A DNA stretch of 64,000 bases from positions 5,580,001 to 5,644,000 of the forward strand of contig JBHGNT010000001.1 of NCBI GenBank assembly GCA_043228905.1. The letters are read 5' to 3'. The notes beneath the pieces were generated by a model. It made no database searches. It saw only the letters and a program-made list of their open reading frames with translations, and was not told the origin of the DNA. This document shows, in pieces, positions 62,286-64,000 of the stretch. Source of the stretch: Azolla caroliniana (lineage: Eukaryota; Plantae; Polypodiophyta). The translations under genes and the position numbers were made by a program. Position 1 is the stretch's first letter. Each line of letters begins with the position of its first letter.

Positions 62286-63989
62286 TCATGGTCTCCATTT
62301 TGCAGTTGAACCCCTGCGTCTAGCCAGAAGCTGAATTTTTGCTTGATTTGCTACAATCGAAAACTTAAATTAATCACGTTGAATTACTGAAATCTGTTTT
62401 CATAACAACACAGAAAAGAGCTTGGCCACTTACTTGTTACACTAAGCATGAAACCTCCACCTATACCTGCTTTACTGCCTGAATACGAAGCGTTTGGCAT
62501 TTCACTGCTTCCTGCTACTGTTGTAGGTTTCCTTGTGGTTAATACAGATTCTGACTGTTGTGTAGCAGAGTTTTGCACGCACCCATACCCCACCCTAGTT
62601 CTTGAATCATGCCTCCATCCATGATGTGATGCACCTTGCTCTGAACCAGCACCACCACATGCAGATATTCAACAATAGCTTTCTTGATTGCGCAATACCA
62701 CAGAAAAAATGAAGCAATTTTACCTGTATCATGTGTTGAGACACGTCGTTCCAACCTATCTCTATTAAGATCATTATATGGACGATGGTACTCTTCTTGT
62801 GCATGTTTTAAAGGCAATAGCCTTTTACCTCTCTGTGTTGAATGTGATAGATATTGGTGTGGCGACTTTGGACCCTCATAACGAACTTCCCTTGGAGATG
62901 GAGGATGTGAATGCAACCGTGAATAGGGTTGTTGATGGTACATAGCTCCATGGTGAACTTTCTGGCTTTGACAACCATTATGAGAAGCTTCAAAGCCAGA
63001 ACTAGGATTATGTGACTGAGAAACATGTTTCCGTGTGTGTATTGGAGAGCCATATGAAGAACTATTATCTGAAGGTGGCGTGTTGTGCACACAATTCAGT
63101 TGTTCATGATGAACTTCATGCATGTGCCTTTCACTTCTGGTTAGTTTACGATCCTGATAATTTCCCATTAGAGACATTGCACTTTGCTGTTCTCTGTATG
63201 CAGCCTTATTACCTAAACCAGGTGCTTCCATCTTAAATGGGTGCTCAGGAGGGTCTAAACTTCGAAACAAGGATCCTGATGAATATCCTCTTGTAGAAGG
63301 TGGTGGCGGTGGTGGTGGTAGTGGTAATAACGGTGGTGGTGGTGGCGGCGGCGGTGGTGGAGGTGGAGGTGGAGGTGGAGACAAAGGTGGTGGAGGTGGT
63401 GGAGATGATGGTAGTGGTGGTGGTGATGATTCAGGCAATGGCGGTGGATAGTCAGGGGGGAGTGGTGGAGGTAGAGATTCGGCAGGCATGGATTCACGTT
63501 CAAGGGTAGAATAATTTCTTATACTTGGCTCAGGACAGGCATCTTCCATCTCTAATTCACCTTCCACATCTTCCAGAATATGTCTATGCTTCGTGGGTGG
63601 AATTGGAATAGAATCAATGGGTTTTAATGCGTTCTCATGGGGAGAGCCAATCTCATCTTCAAACATGGAGGAATTAAGAAGCCCATTGAGATCGAAAGTG
63701 GCATTGCTGTTCCAGTACAAAAAACTGGAATTAGAACAAATATGAAAGATCCAGTCATTATTCAACTTTGAAGCCTTCCAAAATAAGTGCTTGCCTACCT
63801 TCCATACTCATCAACACACATTCCTTCCATCTCCCTGATTGGATCATCTACAGCACGTTCAAATCGTGCAGGCCGCCTAAGTGACACACCACCTGCTCTA
63901 TCATCGGTAGTCTGAGACTCAAGTTCGTTCACATACCCCCGTAAAACCTTCTCCTCCATGATTTGTCTGTCAATCCAAATTTTTAAAAC
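62286..63989 (-). CDS. HUA2: HUA2/HULK-like protein, 3' part (end of CID domain + proline-rich region); exons 63989-63799, 63706-62724, 62640-62467, 62350-62286; continues beyond the window
   Basis: VLKIWIDRQIM...RRPARFERAVDDPIREMEGMCVDEYGS|NATF, HRHILEDVEGELEMED, PPLP repeats and terminal WRP*. Splice phases are all compatible. Confidence 0.92.
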
Positions 63990-64000
63990 CTGCATACATA

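Noticed and set aside
63255-63509. Poly-His and poly-Val ORFs
   Set aside because: Alternative frames of the HUA2-like poly-proline exon.

Overview
Eukaryotic land-plant genomic DNA: AT-rich, GT-AG introns, many (GA)n/(GT)n microsatellites. The repeat style and the DUF3455 gene suggest a seed-free plant such as a fern, but that is inference. The left half (1-31 kb) is mostly nested retroelements. It holds two Ty1/Copia elements with matching 5-bp TSDs (6914-12689, GGTTA; 19016-26009, CTCAC), two solo LTRs, several L1 and RTE-type LINE fragments (three inside Copia LTRs), a hAT-type MITE with an 8-bp TSD, and one gene for complex I subunit ESSS/NDUFB11. The right half holds five more genes: a single-exon RING-H2 ATL E3 ligase, a two-exon CBS-domain PV42/SnRK1-gamma-like gene, an unannotated gene of at least 10 exons encoding a PH domain plus helical tail, a two-exon secreted DUF3455 protein behind an ABRE cluster (a bacterial/fungal family, so a horizontal-transfer candidate), and the 3' end of a HUA2-like gene. 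All family calls come from motif recognition by eye; no database search was run.
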